64,000 nt of DNA from an uncultured Candidatus Saccharibacteria bacterium (lineage in GTDB: Bacteria > Patescibacteriota > Minisyncoccia > Phycocordibacterales > XYD1-FULL-46-19). Shown piece by piece: positions 55,792-64,000 of the stretch (position 1 is its first letter; the number at the start of each line of letters is the position of its first letter). A model generated the notes under the pieces. The model worked only from the letters and a program-made list of their open reading frames with translations. It ran no database searches and was not told the DNA's origin. The DNA lies in NCBI GenBank assembly GCA_964655995.1, contig CAZZPK010000001.1, positions 15,283 to 79,282 on the forward strand. Reading direction: 5' to 3'. The position numbers were made by a program, and so were the translations under genes.

Positions 55792-55845
55792 GTTTCAGTT
55801 ATCCCCATTGACGTTTTAAATATAACGGTTTTTGGCGCAGCAGAG

Positions 55846-55854
55846 TGGTATAAT
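55846..55854 (+). promoter_or_regulatory. Extended -10 TGGTATAAT upstream of the giant surface-protein gene
   Basis: 30 nt upstream of the GTG start at 55884. Confidence 0.4.
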
Positions 55855-55883
55855 TATTAGCAGATTCCTGACATAACAGACGG

Positions 55884-58800
55884 GTGATTCCTGTATTAAA
55901 AAAAATAATACGACGGATTGCTCATTTCCTTCTTTTTTCGGCCGGCCCTTATCAAAATAGGGCTTTTGGTCGTGCCGGCATCTTGCTTTTAGCTACAGCT
56001 ATTTTGATTAACTCGGTTATTGCTCCTCTGACCGCTTTGGCCGCCATTAATCAGCAAATAAATTACCAGGGCAAATTAACCGACTCAAGCGATGTGGCGG
56101 TCTCCGATGGCAATTACAGCATTGTCTTTAGTTTGTACACAGCAGCGACCGGCGGTGCAGCGATTTGGACCGAGACTAAAACCGTCTCGGTAGACAACGG
56201 CTTGTTCAGCGTTATGTTGGGCGCAGACACCTCGCTGGCGTCAGTCAACTTTAATCAAACGCTTTATTTGGGGGTTAAGGTAGGATCGGACTCCGAGATG
56301 ACGCCGCGCAAGATTATCGGCGCCGTGCCCGCCGCCTTTGAGGCCGACAAGCTCGATGGTCTGGATTCCACTAGTTTTGTCTTGGCCTCCACCACCACCT
56401 TACCAAATATTTGGAGTTTGCCCGGCCTTGGCCAGTATGGCTCCTCAAGTGCCACCACCACCGCGCTGGGTAATTTGGCGGTTATCGGCACTACCATTTT
56501 TAGCGGTCTGGTTAGTGGTTATCAGCAAATTTCTGCTCCCTTCTTTACTGCCACTTCTACCACTCAAGCCTCCACTTTCCCTTACGCCTCCTCTACCGCT
56601 CTTACCGCTACGATCGGCTTCTTCAACAATATCTTGGCTACTGCCTCGACCACACTCCAAAACTTTACCGGTGTAAACGCCACTACCACTAGCGCCACCA
56701 CCACCAATTTAGCTATCACCGGTCTCGGTCAAGGCTGGCTCCATGTCTCTGGCCCCGGCGCCGGCGTGACTTCATCTACTTCGCCCACGATCGCTTATTT
56801 AACCGCCACCTCCACCACTGCCACCTCCACGTTTTACGGGAATGTGCAAATAATCGGCAATTTATTAACTAGCGGCGCTTCTACCACTGCTTCCAGTCAA
56901 GCTATTTTTACCCATGTTCCAACTTTGCCTCACACCTTTGGTAGTTGGTCTATTGGCGCATCGGGGTCCAATGTGAGCGATGCTACAATTTACATCAATC
57001 CGGCCACGGCCGCTGAGGATACCAACTTGCTCGGCTTGGCTGTGGGTGGATCGGTCAAGTTTCTCGTTGATGCTGATGGTGACATTTTTGGCAATTCTCT
57101 TACTTTAGTTGGCGGTTCAACCTTAAGCACTTCCACTATCTCCACCTTGATTGTTGAAAATAATTCTTTTCTTGGTGATTCGGCCTCAAGCGACTGGACG
57201 CATATCAAAGGCTCGGCCTGGGTGGAGTCCAACAAATCAAGCGGGGCCTCCACCACCGCGCTCACTGTTACCCAAACCGGCTCGGGCGACTTTTTGCGCA
57301 TCGCGGCCGACTATACCGATGCCGCGGCTAACTTTGTAATTAAAAATGGGGGCAATGTCGGTATCGGCACCTCGACACCCAATTGGCTCTTACAAATGGC
57401 CGGCACTAGGCCCTTTTTTGCTTTGTCGGATACAAGCAGCAGTGCCAATCTTAAACATTGGACCCTTAGCTCGCAGGGCGGCAATCTCTACTTTGCCACT
57501 TCAAGCGATGCTTTGGCTACCAGCACTATCGCCGCTTTGACGGTTAATCGGAATGGCTGGCTAGGTGTCGGTACTACTACGCCCGGAGCGGTGCTGGCTA
57601 GTGCCGGTCAGGCTTTAGCCCAATACTTTACCGCTTTTGGGACGCAGGCTTCCTCCCTACCTTACGCCTCCTCTACCGCTCTTACCGCTACGATCGGCTT
57701 CTTCAACAATATCTTGGCTACTGCCTCGACCACACTCCAAAACTTTACCGGTGTAAACGCCACTACCACTAGCGCCACCACCACCAATTTAGCTATCACC
57801 GGTCTCGGTCAAGGCTGGCTCCATGTCTCTGGCCCCGGCGCCGGCGTGACTTCATCTACTTCGCCCACGATCGCTTATTTAACCGCCACCTCCACCACTG
57901 CCACCTCCACGTTTTACGGGAATGTGCAAATAATCGGCAATTTATTAACTAGCGGCGCTTCTACCACTGCTTCCAGTCAAGCTATTTTTACCCATGTTCC
58001 AACTTTGCCTCACACCTTTGGTAGTTGGTCTATTGGCGCATCGGGGTCCAATGTGAGCGATGCTACAATTTACATCAATCCGGCCACGGCCGCTGAGGAT
58101 ACCAACTTGCTCGGCTTGGCTGTGGGTGGATCGGTCAAGTTTCTCGTTGATGCTGATGGTGACATTTTTGGCAATTCTCTTACTTTAGTTGGCGGTTCAA
58201 CCTTAAGCACTTCCACTATCTCCACCTTGATTGTTGAAAATAATTCTTTTCTTGGTGATTCGGCCTCAAGCGACTGGACGCATATCAAAGGCTCGGCCTG
58301 GGTGGAGTCCAACAAATCAAGCGGGGCCTCCACCACCGCGCTCACTGTTACCCAAACTGGTTCGGGCGACTTTTTGCGAGTGGCTACCGATTATGCGAGT
58401 GCGGTGGCAAATTTTATTATTAAAAACTCCGGATTGATTGGGGTCGGTACCTCCAGTCCGTTTGCTAAATTCTCAATCCACGCAAATAGTAACGAAACCA
58501 ATACTTCTTTATTTGAGGTTGGCTCATCGACTGCCAGTGCCACTACTACTTTATTTAAAATAACCAATACAGGGAATGTTGGCATTGGTTTAACCAGTCC
58601 AACGGCCTCCCTCCATATTCAAGGGTCAGGTATTCAGTTTGAGGGAGCGGCTGACAACTTGGCCGGCAAGAGCAATGTTGACTTTATTACTTACAGTCAT
58701 ACTGCCAGCCCAACAGCTACCGATCGTGGTTTTGGATTTTATTCCGGTTCCGGTTCGACTCACTTAATGTCTATTTTAAACAATGGCAATGTTGGTATTG

Positions 58801-61562
58801 GTACCACCTCACCCTACGCTAAACTGTCTGTTGTTGGCCCGGTAGTGGCCGAGTATTTCCACGCCACCTCCACCACTGCCACCTCTACTTTTGCTGGTGA
58901 TTTTAGAATTGGTGGGTCTACCGGTATTGTTGCTTGGGTTAATGAGGGTAATGCTATTGTGGCTCAAGGTTCATTAAGCATTGGCGGTACATCACCAGAG
59001 AATGGTCTGTCAGTTACACGGGTAGGTGGGACAGACGCTACTTTTGCTCGTTTCCGCGCATCAGCCTCCGGATCGTTTATTCAAATTCTCGCTTCTGGTG
59101 GTGGTGCTGTGATGCAAGGTCGTGATACCTCGGCCGCTCGCTGGCAATTATTAGATACCAATGGTCATATTTATTTTGCCCAAGTAGCTGGCGACTTTGG
59201 CTTTGGTGTCTCCTCACCAACCGCTCGGATGCAAATTGCCACTTCCACCACCGCCTCATCCACTACCAAGTGGTCTAATAGCTCTACCGGCTCCACCATT
59301 ACCGACGGTTTTGAGGTTGGTATCGGGGCAGATGGCAATAACTGGATTTGGGGAATGGAGAATACGCCGATTAAAATCGGTACTAATAATGTGGAACGTT
59401 TAACAGTAACAGCTGGTGGTAATGTGGGAGTGGGGACTACTAGTCCGTCAGCCGCGCTGGCAATTACTGGCGGCATATTTACTACAGCCTCGTCTACTTT
59501 GATGAACGGTATTGATTTAACGGCTGGTTGTTTCTCGATCCGTGGCACCTGTTTTGCCAGCGGTGGATCGGGGACGGTTAATACCGGAGCAATAAATTCT
59601 CTAGCTTATTATCCTGGTACGGGCACGACGGTTGACGATGCCACTGGCTTGCTCTGGCTCTCCGCCTCTAACCGGTTGGTGGTAGCCACTAGTACCGGTA
59701 GTGCTAGTTTGGATACCAACTTCATTAATCAAGGATTTGCCGGCGGCTCCACTGGTGATGCTGGTGATTCGCTTTATATTTCTTATGGTGGGGACTCCAG
59801 TGTAGGTGGTCCGTCTGGCGGTACCGGTGGTGCCGGTGGCTCGGTTTTTATCTCTGGCGGTGGAGATGCTGATGACAATGGTACCGGTGGTGCCGGCGGT
59901 ACGGTGACTTTGGTGGCTGGCGGAACTTTTGACTCCGGCGGCTCATATGGCGCTGACGGCACGGTTAATATCGGTAATATGTCGGGGGATCGTGGTGCTA
60001 AATTATCTATTTATGGTAGTGCCACTACCACCGGTAATTTGTGGGTATTGGGAGGAAAGATTAACTCGGCTGCCGCCGTCTCTAACAGTATTAAACTTTC
60101 GTCTTATGATACTGATATTTCCCGAGCAGACGATGGTATTTCTAGTAGCCCAACAGGTGGTACTGGCGGGTCTGTTTATTTAGGTATCGGTGGGAGAGGA
60201 TTTAACGAGCAAGGATTAAATGATGGTGGTGCCGGTGGAACCGGAGGAACTCTTTATTTGGCTGGTGGTGGTGATGCTGGTGATGATGCTGATGACACTA
60301 CAAATGGTGGCGCTGGCGGCACAATCAACTTAGTAGCGGGTGGTCTACCTAATCAGGATACTGGTGGTGGCTCCTATGGCAACGACGGTACGGTTAATAT
60401 CGGCAATAGTGCCGGACAAAAAAATGCCACTTTAAATGTCTATGGCACCATCGGGGTAATGTTCCGCAATACGGCTACCACTAATGGAGTTTGTCATTCT
60501 GGCTCGGATTTAGATGGTACTGATACTACCAATTCATATAACCTAGTAGCCTGTAATAATGGCGCCGGCGATATTGCCGAATTTTATCCTACTAAAGATG
60601 ATGTTGAGACGGGCCACATTGTGGCCACCAGCGACGAACTGCTTGACTATCAGGCTGAGGGCTCCGATCCGCGCACCGGCGAGACTCTTGATCTTGGTCC
60701 GGCCAAAGTAGCGGTGTTGCAACGTGCGCCGGTTGATGGCGCCGGCATCCTGGGGGTGGTTTCTAAAGCGCCGTTCCAAACTTTTGGTAAAGATGTGCTT
60801 AAAGCCGGCACTCATCATCAGCCGGTGGCTCTGGTTGGGCGTGTGTCGGTAAAAGTTAAATTAGATAACGGTGAGATCAACGCCGGTGATTTGATCGCGC
60901 TTTCAACCTCCACACCAGGAGTCGGTGTTAAGGCCATACAATCGGGAGTTGTCATCGGCACTGCTTTAAATGATTTTACCGCCGATTCAAATGTGGATGG
61001 GGATGGGGTGGGAGAGGTGATGGTATTTATTAATCTAAGTTATCGTAAAATCTCTAGTTCGGTTAATAATGGGAAGATTGATGGCATTTGGACAGTAGAT
61101 GATGAGACCGGCGATATTAAAGCTTTTGCCGCGCTGGATTTGGCCGGCTTTGAGATCCGGAATGTCCGGGCGATTACCAGCGCCTCGGGCAAATGGAGCA
61201 TTGATGAGAACGGCAAGTTATTAACTCAAGACATTGAGACCAAGCGTCTCTTGGTAGAGGAGGGCGTCACTACCCGCGACAAAAAATCCGGCGATTATTA
61301 TTGTATTTATGTTGAAGGTGGATCGGTTAAAACCGATAAGGGCCGCTGCGAGGACCTGCTTGATGGAGGTGATGATATTGAAGACAGTAATAATGGCGGC
61401 GACAGCCCAGCTCCCGAATCGGAATCAGAACCAGAGCCAGAACCGGAGCCCGAAGTAACTCCAGAGCCTGAACCAGCTCCCGAGGACTCACCTCAAGAGG
61501 AGTCAGTATCCGAGGAGAGTCCTCCGGTAGAAGAGCCAGCACCCGAGCCCTCAGTCAGTTAA
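55884..61562 (+). CDS. Giant (1892 aa) Thr/Ser/Ala/Gly-rich repetitive surface protein (beta-helix/fibre-like adhesin); N-terminal signal/TM, acidic PEPEPE tail
   Basis: N-terminal hydrophobic segment. Long low-complexity T/S/A stretches. Two blocks of GG(A/T)GG.(V/L/I).(L/I)..GG rungs. A conserved globular C-terminal region. Terminal SPAPESESEPEPEPEPEVTPEPEPAPE. Contains a 1080-nt tandem duplication. Confidence 0.7.
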   Translation: MIPVLKKIIRRIAHFLLFSAGPYQNRAFGRAGILLLATAILINSVIAPLTALAAINQQINYQGKLTDSSDVAVSDGNYSIVFSLYTAATGGAAIWTETKTVSVDNGLFSVMLGADTSLASVNFNQTLYLGVKVGSDSEMTPRKIIGAVPAAFEADKLDGLDSTSFVLASTTTLPNIWSLPGLGQYGSSSATTTALGNLAVIGTTIFSGLVSGYQQISAPFFTATSTTQASTFPYASSTALTATIGFFNNILATASTTLQNFTGVNATTTSATTTNLAITGLGQGWLHVSGPGAGVTSSTSPTIAYLTATSTTATSTFYGNVQIIGNLLTSGASTTASSQAIFTHVPTLPHTFGSWSIGASGSNVSDATIYINPATAAEDTNLLGLAVGGSVKFLVDADGDIFGNSLTLVGGSTLSTSTISTLIVENNSFLGDSASSDWTHIKGSAWVESNKSSGASTTALTVTQTGSGDFLRIAADYTDAAANFVIKNGGNVGIGTSTPNWLLQMAGTRPFFALSDTSSSANLKHWTLSSQGGNLYFATSSDALATSTIAALTVNRNGWLGVGTTTPGAVLASAGQALAQYFTAFGTQASSLPYASSTALTATIGFFNNILATASTTLQNFTGVNATTTSATTTNLAITGLGQGWLHVSGPGAGVTSSTSPTIAYLTATSTTATSTFYGNVQIIGNLLTSGASTTASSQAIFTHVPTLPHTFGSWSIGASGSNVSDATIYINPATAAEDTNLLGLAVGGSVKFLVDADGDIFGNSLTLVGGSTLSTSTISTLIVENNSFLGDSASSDWTHIKGSAWVESNKSSGASTTALTVTQTGSGDFLRVATDYASAVANFIIKNSGLIGVGTSSPFAKFSIHANSNETNTSLFEVGSSTASATTTLFKITNTGNVGIGLTSPTASLHIQGSGIQFEGAADNLAGKSNVDFITYSHTASPTATDRGFGFYSGSGSTHLMSILNNGNVGIGTTSPYAKLSVVGPVVAEYFHATSTTATSTFAGDFRIGGSTGIVAWVNEGNAIVAQGSLSIGGTSPENGLSVTRVGGTDATFARFRASASGSFIQILASGGGAVMQGRDTSAARWQLLDTNGHIYFAQVAGDFGFGVSSPTARMQIATSTTASSTTKWSNSSTGSTITDGFEVGIGADGNNWIWGMENTPIKIGTNNVERLTVTAGGNVGVGTTSPSAALAITGGIFTTASSTLMNGIDLTAGCFSIRGTCFASGGSGTVNTGAINSLAYYPGTGTTVDDATGLLWLSASNRLVVATSTGSASLDTNFINQGFAGGSTGDAGDSLYISYGGDSSVGGPSGGTGGAGGSVFISGGGDADDNGTGGAGGTVTLVAGGTFDSGGSYGADGTVNIGNMSGDRGAKLSIYGSATTTGNLWVLGGKINSAAAVSNSIKLSSYDTDISRADDGISSSPTGGTGGSVYLGIGGRGFNEQGLNDGGAGGTGGTLYLAGGGDAGDDADDTTNGGAGGTINLVAGGLPNQDTGGGSYGNDGTVNIGNSAGQKNATLNVYGTIGVMFRNTATTNGVCHSGSDLDGTDTTNSYNLVACNNGAGDIAEFYPTKDDVETGHIVATSDELLDYQAEGSDPRTGETLDLGPAKVAVLQRAPVDGAGILGVVSKAPFQTFGKDVLKAGTHHQPVALVGRVSVKVKLDNGEINAGDLIALSTSTPGVGVKAIQSGVVIGTALNDFTADSNVDGDGVGEVMVFINLSYRKISSSVNNGKIDGIWTVDDETGDIKAFAALDLAGFEIRNVRAITSASGKWSIDENGKLLTQDIETKRLLVEEGVTTRDKKSGDYYCIYVEGGSVKTDKGRCEDLLDGGDDIEDSNNGGDSPAPESESEPEPEPEPEVTPEPEPAPEDSPQEESVSEESPPVEEPAPEPSVS
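56580..58739 (+). repeat. Tandem duplication of a 1080-nt (360-aa) unit inside 55884..61562; the first 697 nt of both copies (56580-57276 and 57660-58356) are 100% identical and the remainder is diverged
   Basis: Sequence lines 56581-57240 and 57661-58320 are letter-for-letter identical. Divergence begins at 57277/58357. Confidence 0.85.
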
Positions 61563-61574
61563 AGGACATGTCCT
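61563..61574 (+). other. Perfect 12-nt palindrome AGGACATGTCCT immediately after the giant-gene stop (short hairpin or operator-like site)
   Basis: Reverse-complement symmetric. Followed by a U-rich stretch TTTATAAAGTCTTATTTTT. Confidence 0.3.
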
Positions 61575-61774
61575 TTATAAAGTCTTATTTTTAGCCAGTT
61601 ATTAAGCAAACTGGCTATTAATTTGGCTGTCACCGTGCTTAGATTGGTACCAATGGCTTGACTTAGCCGGGCCAGTGTACTAGTAATAAGCTAAACAGAT
61701 AGCTCTTTGATTTTGTCATATAGCTCTTTTTAGGAAGTTCGCCTTTTATTAATTTTAAGCAATTCTCTAAAAAG

Positions 61775-63550
61775 ATGCTGGCAAGATCAGCCCGTTTTTT
61801 CTATGTATCTAAAGCCCTAACACTAGGGCTAATTGTCGTGCTTGCCAGCATTGCAATTTTGTCAGTGGTTAACCCACGTATCGCTTTGGCCGAGGAGATC
61901 CAAGAGACAATCTCCGACTCCGAGGCGGTGGTCCCTGAAGCAACAACGGAGGTAATAACAGAAACGGAAGTAACAGAAATGGAAGTGGTAGAGGAGCCCA
62001 CAGAGACACCAGCCGAGGAGCCGGCTGTTGATGAGTTGTCCGCTGAAGAGCCGGTAACAGAGCAAGTTGAGGCCATCTCAACAGAGACGGAGACTACAGA
62101 GACAGAGGCGGTAGAAGTGGTGGAAGCAGAAGAAGTAGAAGTAATGGTAGAAGTGAAAGCCAGAGAGATTACCGAGTCTGCTCCGCAAGTAGCTGATGAG
62201 GGTAATTTTACCACCGCCGGCGACGAGGAGCCGACTCAAGAACCGGCCGTTGGCGCCGAGTTTACTTTTACTACTAACGATGACAATGAACCGATTGGCG
62301 TCCCGGCCATCGGCAATGAATTGTCATTTACCACCACTGATGATGCGTCTACCCCTGTAATCGTCGTTTCTAATGAACTCACTTTTACCACTACCGGTGA
62401 CGGTGGCGGTGAGGATAACGAGGTTGTCTCCGGCGAACTCACTTTTACCACCAGCGATGGTGGCGGCGGTCCGACTGACGAGGTGGTCTCGGGCGAACTT
62501 ACCTTTACCACTACCGGTGACGGTGGCGGTGAGGATAACGAGGTTGTCTCCGGCGAACTCACTTTTACCACCAGCGATGGTGGCGGCGGTCCGACTGACG
62601 AGGTGGTCTCGGGCGAACTTACCTTTACCACTACCGGTGACGGTGGCGGTGGAGGCGGTGGAGGCGGTGGAGGAGGCCATCGTCGTCCAGCCAAACCGCC
62701 GGTCGAGTTGCCCGCCCAATGTTTGCCTTACCTACTTAAGTTTATTAAGTGGGGTGCCGACAACGATCCGGTCGAGGTCCGCAAATTGCAATATTTCTTA
62801 AGGGACTTTGAAGGTTTTGCCAATGTCGAGGTGACCGGTTTTTACGACCGAGCGACCTTTGATGCGGTATCCATTTTCCAAAAACGCTATTCAGGCGACG
62901 TGCTTTCGCCATGGGGGATCACCGACTCCACCGGTTATGTTTACATTACGACGACTTTAAAAATAAATTACATTGTCTGCGGTATTGACCGGCCGATCGA
63001 CCTTGATCTCCGGGAGCGTTACCGCGCGGCCCTGGAGCGGGGCGGCGAGTTTAATCCGGACATTGAGCCGGAGCCGCTAGCGACTACTACTGCCACCACG
63101 GCACCGGAGGCTAAACAAAGTTTCCTCCAGGCGGCCGCTGCGGCTTTGCTCGATTTTGCTAAATGGCTTAATTGGTGTTACATTTTGCCGCTCATTTTGT
63201 TAATTATCATCATTGTTCTCTTCCTTTTGTGGCAGGAGGCGCGCCGGGAGCGCGACAAGGTCCGGAGGGAAAAGGAGCTCGCCCAAGCGCTCTTGGCGGC
63301 GGTAACGCGCGAGCACAACGAGAGCGAGACTGACCAGGCCGCCGTGCCGATGTCGGAGGCTCTGCTCTCATCGAGCCTCTTTCAGCCGACGGCGCTTAAT
63401 CCTAAAATCGAGTCGGCAGCGGCAATAGAAGAGGTGATTGAAACATCATTAGACGAGGGGGTTCCGCCCGAGGCCTTGTCTGAGTGGCAGGCGATAGAGC
63501 CGCCGCCGGAGGATGAGGAGGGTTACGCCGAGATTGACAAAACATCCTAA
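61775..63550 (+). CDS. Acidic Glu/Thr-rich single-pass membrane protein with tandem repeats, Gly13 run, PG_binding_1-like domain, TM helix and charged cytoplasmic tail
   Basis: N-terminal signal/TM. Long E/T/V acidic region. Repeats (VVSGELTFTT[ST][GD]GGG[EP]). GGGGGGGGGGGGG run. CLPYLLKFIKWGADNDPVEVRKLQYFLRDFEGFANVEVTGFYDRATFDAVSIFQKRY is a PGBD-like segment. TM helix ILPLILLIIIIVLFLLW. Followed by REKELAQALLAAV... Confidence 0.6.
   Translation: MLARSARFFYVSKALTLGLIVVLASIAILSVVNPRIALAEEIQETISDSEAVVPEATTEVITETEVTEMEVVEEPTETPAEEPAVDELSAEEPVTEQVEAISTETETTETEAVEVVEAEEVEVMVEVKAREITESAPQVADEGNFTTAGDEEPTQEPAVGAEFTFTTNDDNEPIGVPAIGNELSFTTTDDASTPVIVVSNELTFTTTGDGGGEDNEVVSGELTFTTSDGGGGPTDEVVSGELTFTTTGDGGGEDNEVVSGELTFTTSDGGGGPTDEVVSGELTFTTTGDGGGGGGGGGGGGHRRPAKPPVELPAQCLPYLLKFIKWGADNDPVEVRKLQYFLRDFEGFANVEVTGFYDRATFDAVSIFQKRYSGDVLSPWGITDSTGYVYITTTLKINYIVCGIDRPIDLDLRERYRAALERGGEFNPDIEPEPLATTTATTAPEAKQSFLQAAAAALLDFAKWLNWCYILPLILLIIIIVLFLLWQEARRERDKVRREKELAQALLAAVTREHNESETDQAAVPMSEALLSSSLFQPTALNPKIESAAAIEEVIETSLDEGVPPEALSEWQAIEPPPEDEEGYAEIDKTS
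62377..62650 (+). repeat. 120-nt in-frame tandem repeat, about 2.3 copies; 62401-62520 and 62521-62640 are identical
   Basis: Lines 62401/62461 equal 62521/62581 exactly. Each unit encodes two 20-aa sub-repeats. Confidence 0.85.
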
Positions 63551-63669
63551 ATCTGGCAGGGATAAAGGTAGAAGTTTGGAAAAAGTAATGTTGAGCCTGG
63601 GTCCTGTTGACCTAGGCTTTGCAGTTGTCAAAACCCCCAGCCTTGGGCTGGGAGCATAAGGAGGAGGAA

Positions 63670-64000
63670 ATGAAGAAGTTGATGGTGGTACTGCCGGTGC
63701 TCGTCGCGCTGGCAGGATCTTTGGTGGGGTGTCCGGATACAACGGTCACCATCACCTACAATGACCAGCCGGTAACGGTTGGCCCGATGATTGGCGGCAC
63801 CGGTGGCCTTATTAAGGTTGCCGGCTCCACCATCGAGTTCGCCGTGGCGGACTACACTTTCACCCATCCGGCGCTTGCCGAGGTGGTCGGTCACATTAAC
63901 TTGGCGACCGGTGAGACATCAGTCACTGAGGCTAAGGCTAATGAGAAAAATAGCGATGCGATTGCGATCGCTATCATCGCCCTCGGCGCTTTTGTCGAGT
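63670..64000 (+). CDS. Putative lipoprotein (5' partial; continues beyond the window)
   Basis: Strong RBS AAGGAGGAGG then ATG. MKKLMVVLPVLVALAGSLVGC is a signal peptide with a lipobox-like LVGC. Open to the window end. Confidence 0.5.
   Translation, partial: MKKLMVVLPVLVALAGSLVGCPDTTVTITYNDQPVTVGPMIGGTGGLIKVAGSTIEFAVADYTFTHPALAEVVGHINLATGETSVTEAKANEKNSDAIAIAIIALGAFVE

Noticed and set aside
56580-62650. Possible CRISPR array (regular repeats at 56580-58739 and 62377-62650)
   Set aside because: The repeat units are 1080 nt and 120 nt, lie in-frame inside long ORFs and encode low-complexity protein repeats. There is no short repeat/spacer periodicity and there are no cas genes.

Overview
This 64 kb window looks like a reduced bacterial genome, most likely a CPR/Patescibacteria-type organism; that lineage call is an inference from gene content, not a measured result. 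It uses the standard genetic code: TGA, TAA and TAG all terminate verified genes, and starts are frequently leaderless. GC content is moderate, with AT-rich patches. Essentially everything lies on the + strand. In order the window holds: the 3' end of secY followed by adk and map; ndk; an RNase J-like beta-CASP hydrolase; a LOG-like protein; two tandem paralogous secreted proteins built from a right-handed beta-helix, a peptidoglycan-binding domain and a LamG domain; a convergent block with a CheY-like receiver, a small GIY-YIG nuclease and an ssrA(tmRNA)-smpB operon; infC-rpmI-rplT; ftsH; a tRNA whose anticodon reads UAU; a secreted multi-Ig-like protein flanked by dockerin-like calcium-binding modules; recG and two type IV pilin-like genes on the - strand; a ~28.6 kb surface-glycan biosynthesis island (about 25 genes: GT1/GT2/GT4/GT9/GT47-like/GT-C glycosyltransferases, three zinc-ribbon SAM methyltransferases plus three more methyltransferases, GtrA, a GtrB-like gene, AsnB, a YfhO-like gene, a Wzx-like flippase, a Wzy/O-antigen-ligase-TPR protein, and one freshly decayed GT2 pseudogene); a tiny sORF unit with its own terminator; secA; two Nudix genes bracketing a structured non-coding segment; dedA-uppP; a 1892-aa repetitive surface protein carrying a half-homogenised 1080-nt tandem duplication; an acidic membrane protein with perfect 120-nt repeats, a Gly13 run and a peptidoglycan-binding domain; and the start of a lipoprotein. 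No CRISPR array, rRNA, transposase or integrase was seen. The candidate system worth most attention is the combination of the giant glycan island with the cluster of secreted or anchored peptidoglycan-binding, beta-helix and dockerin-like surface proteins, which would fit a host-attachment or cell-envelope remodelling apparatus. Hand-derived coordinates for features not in the ORF track may be off by 1 nt.
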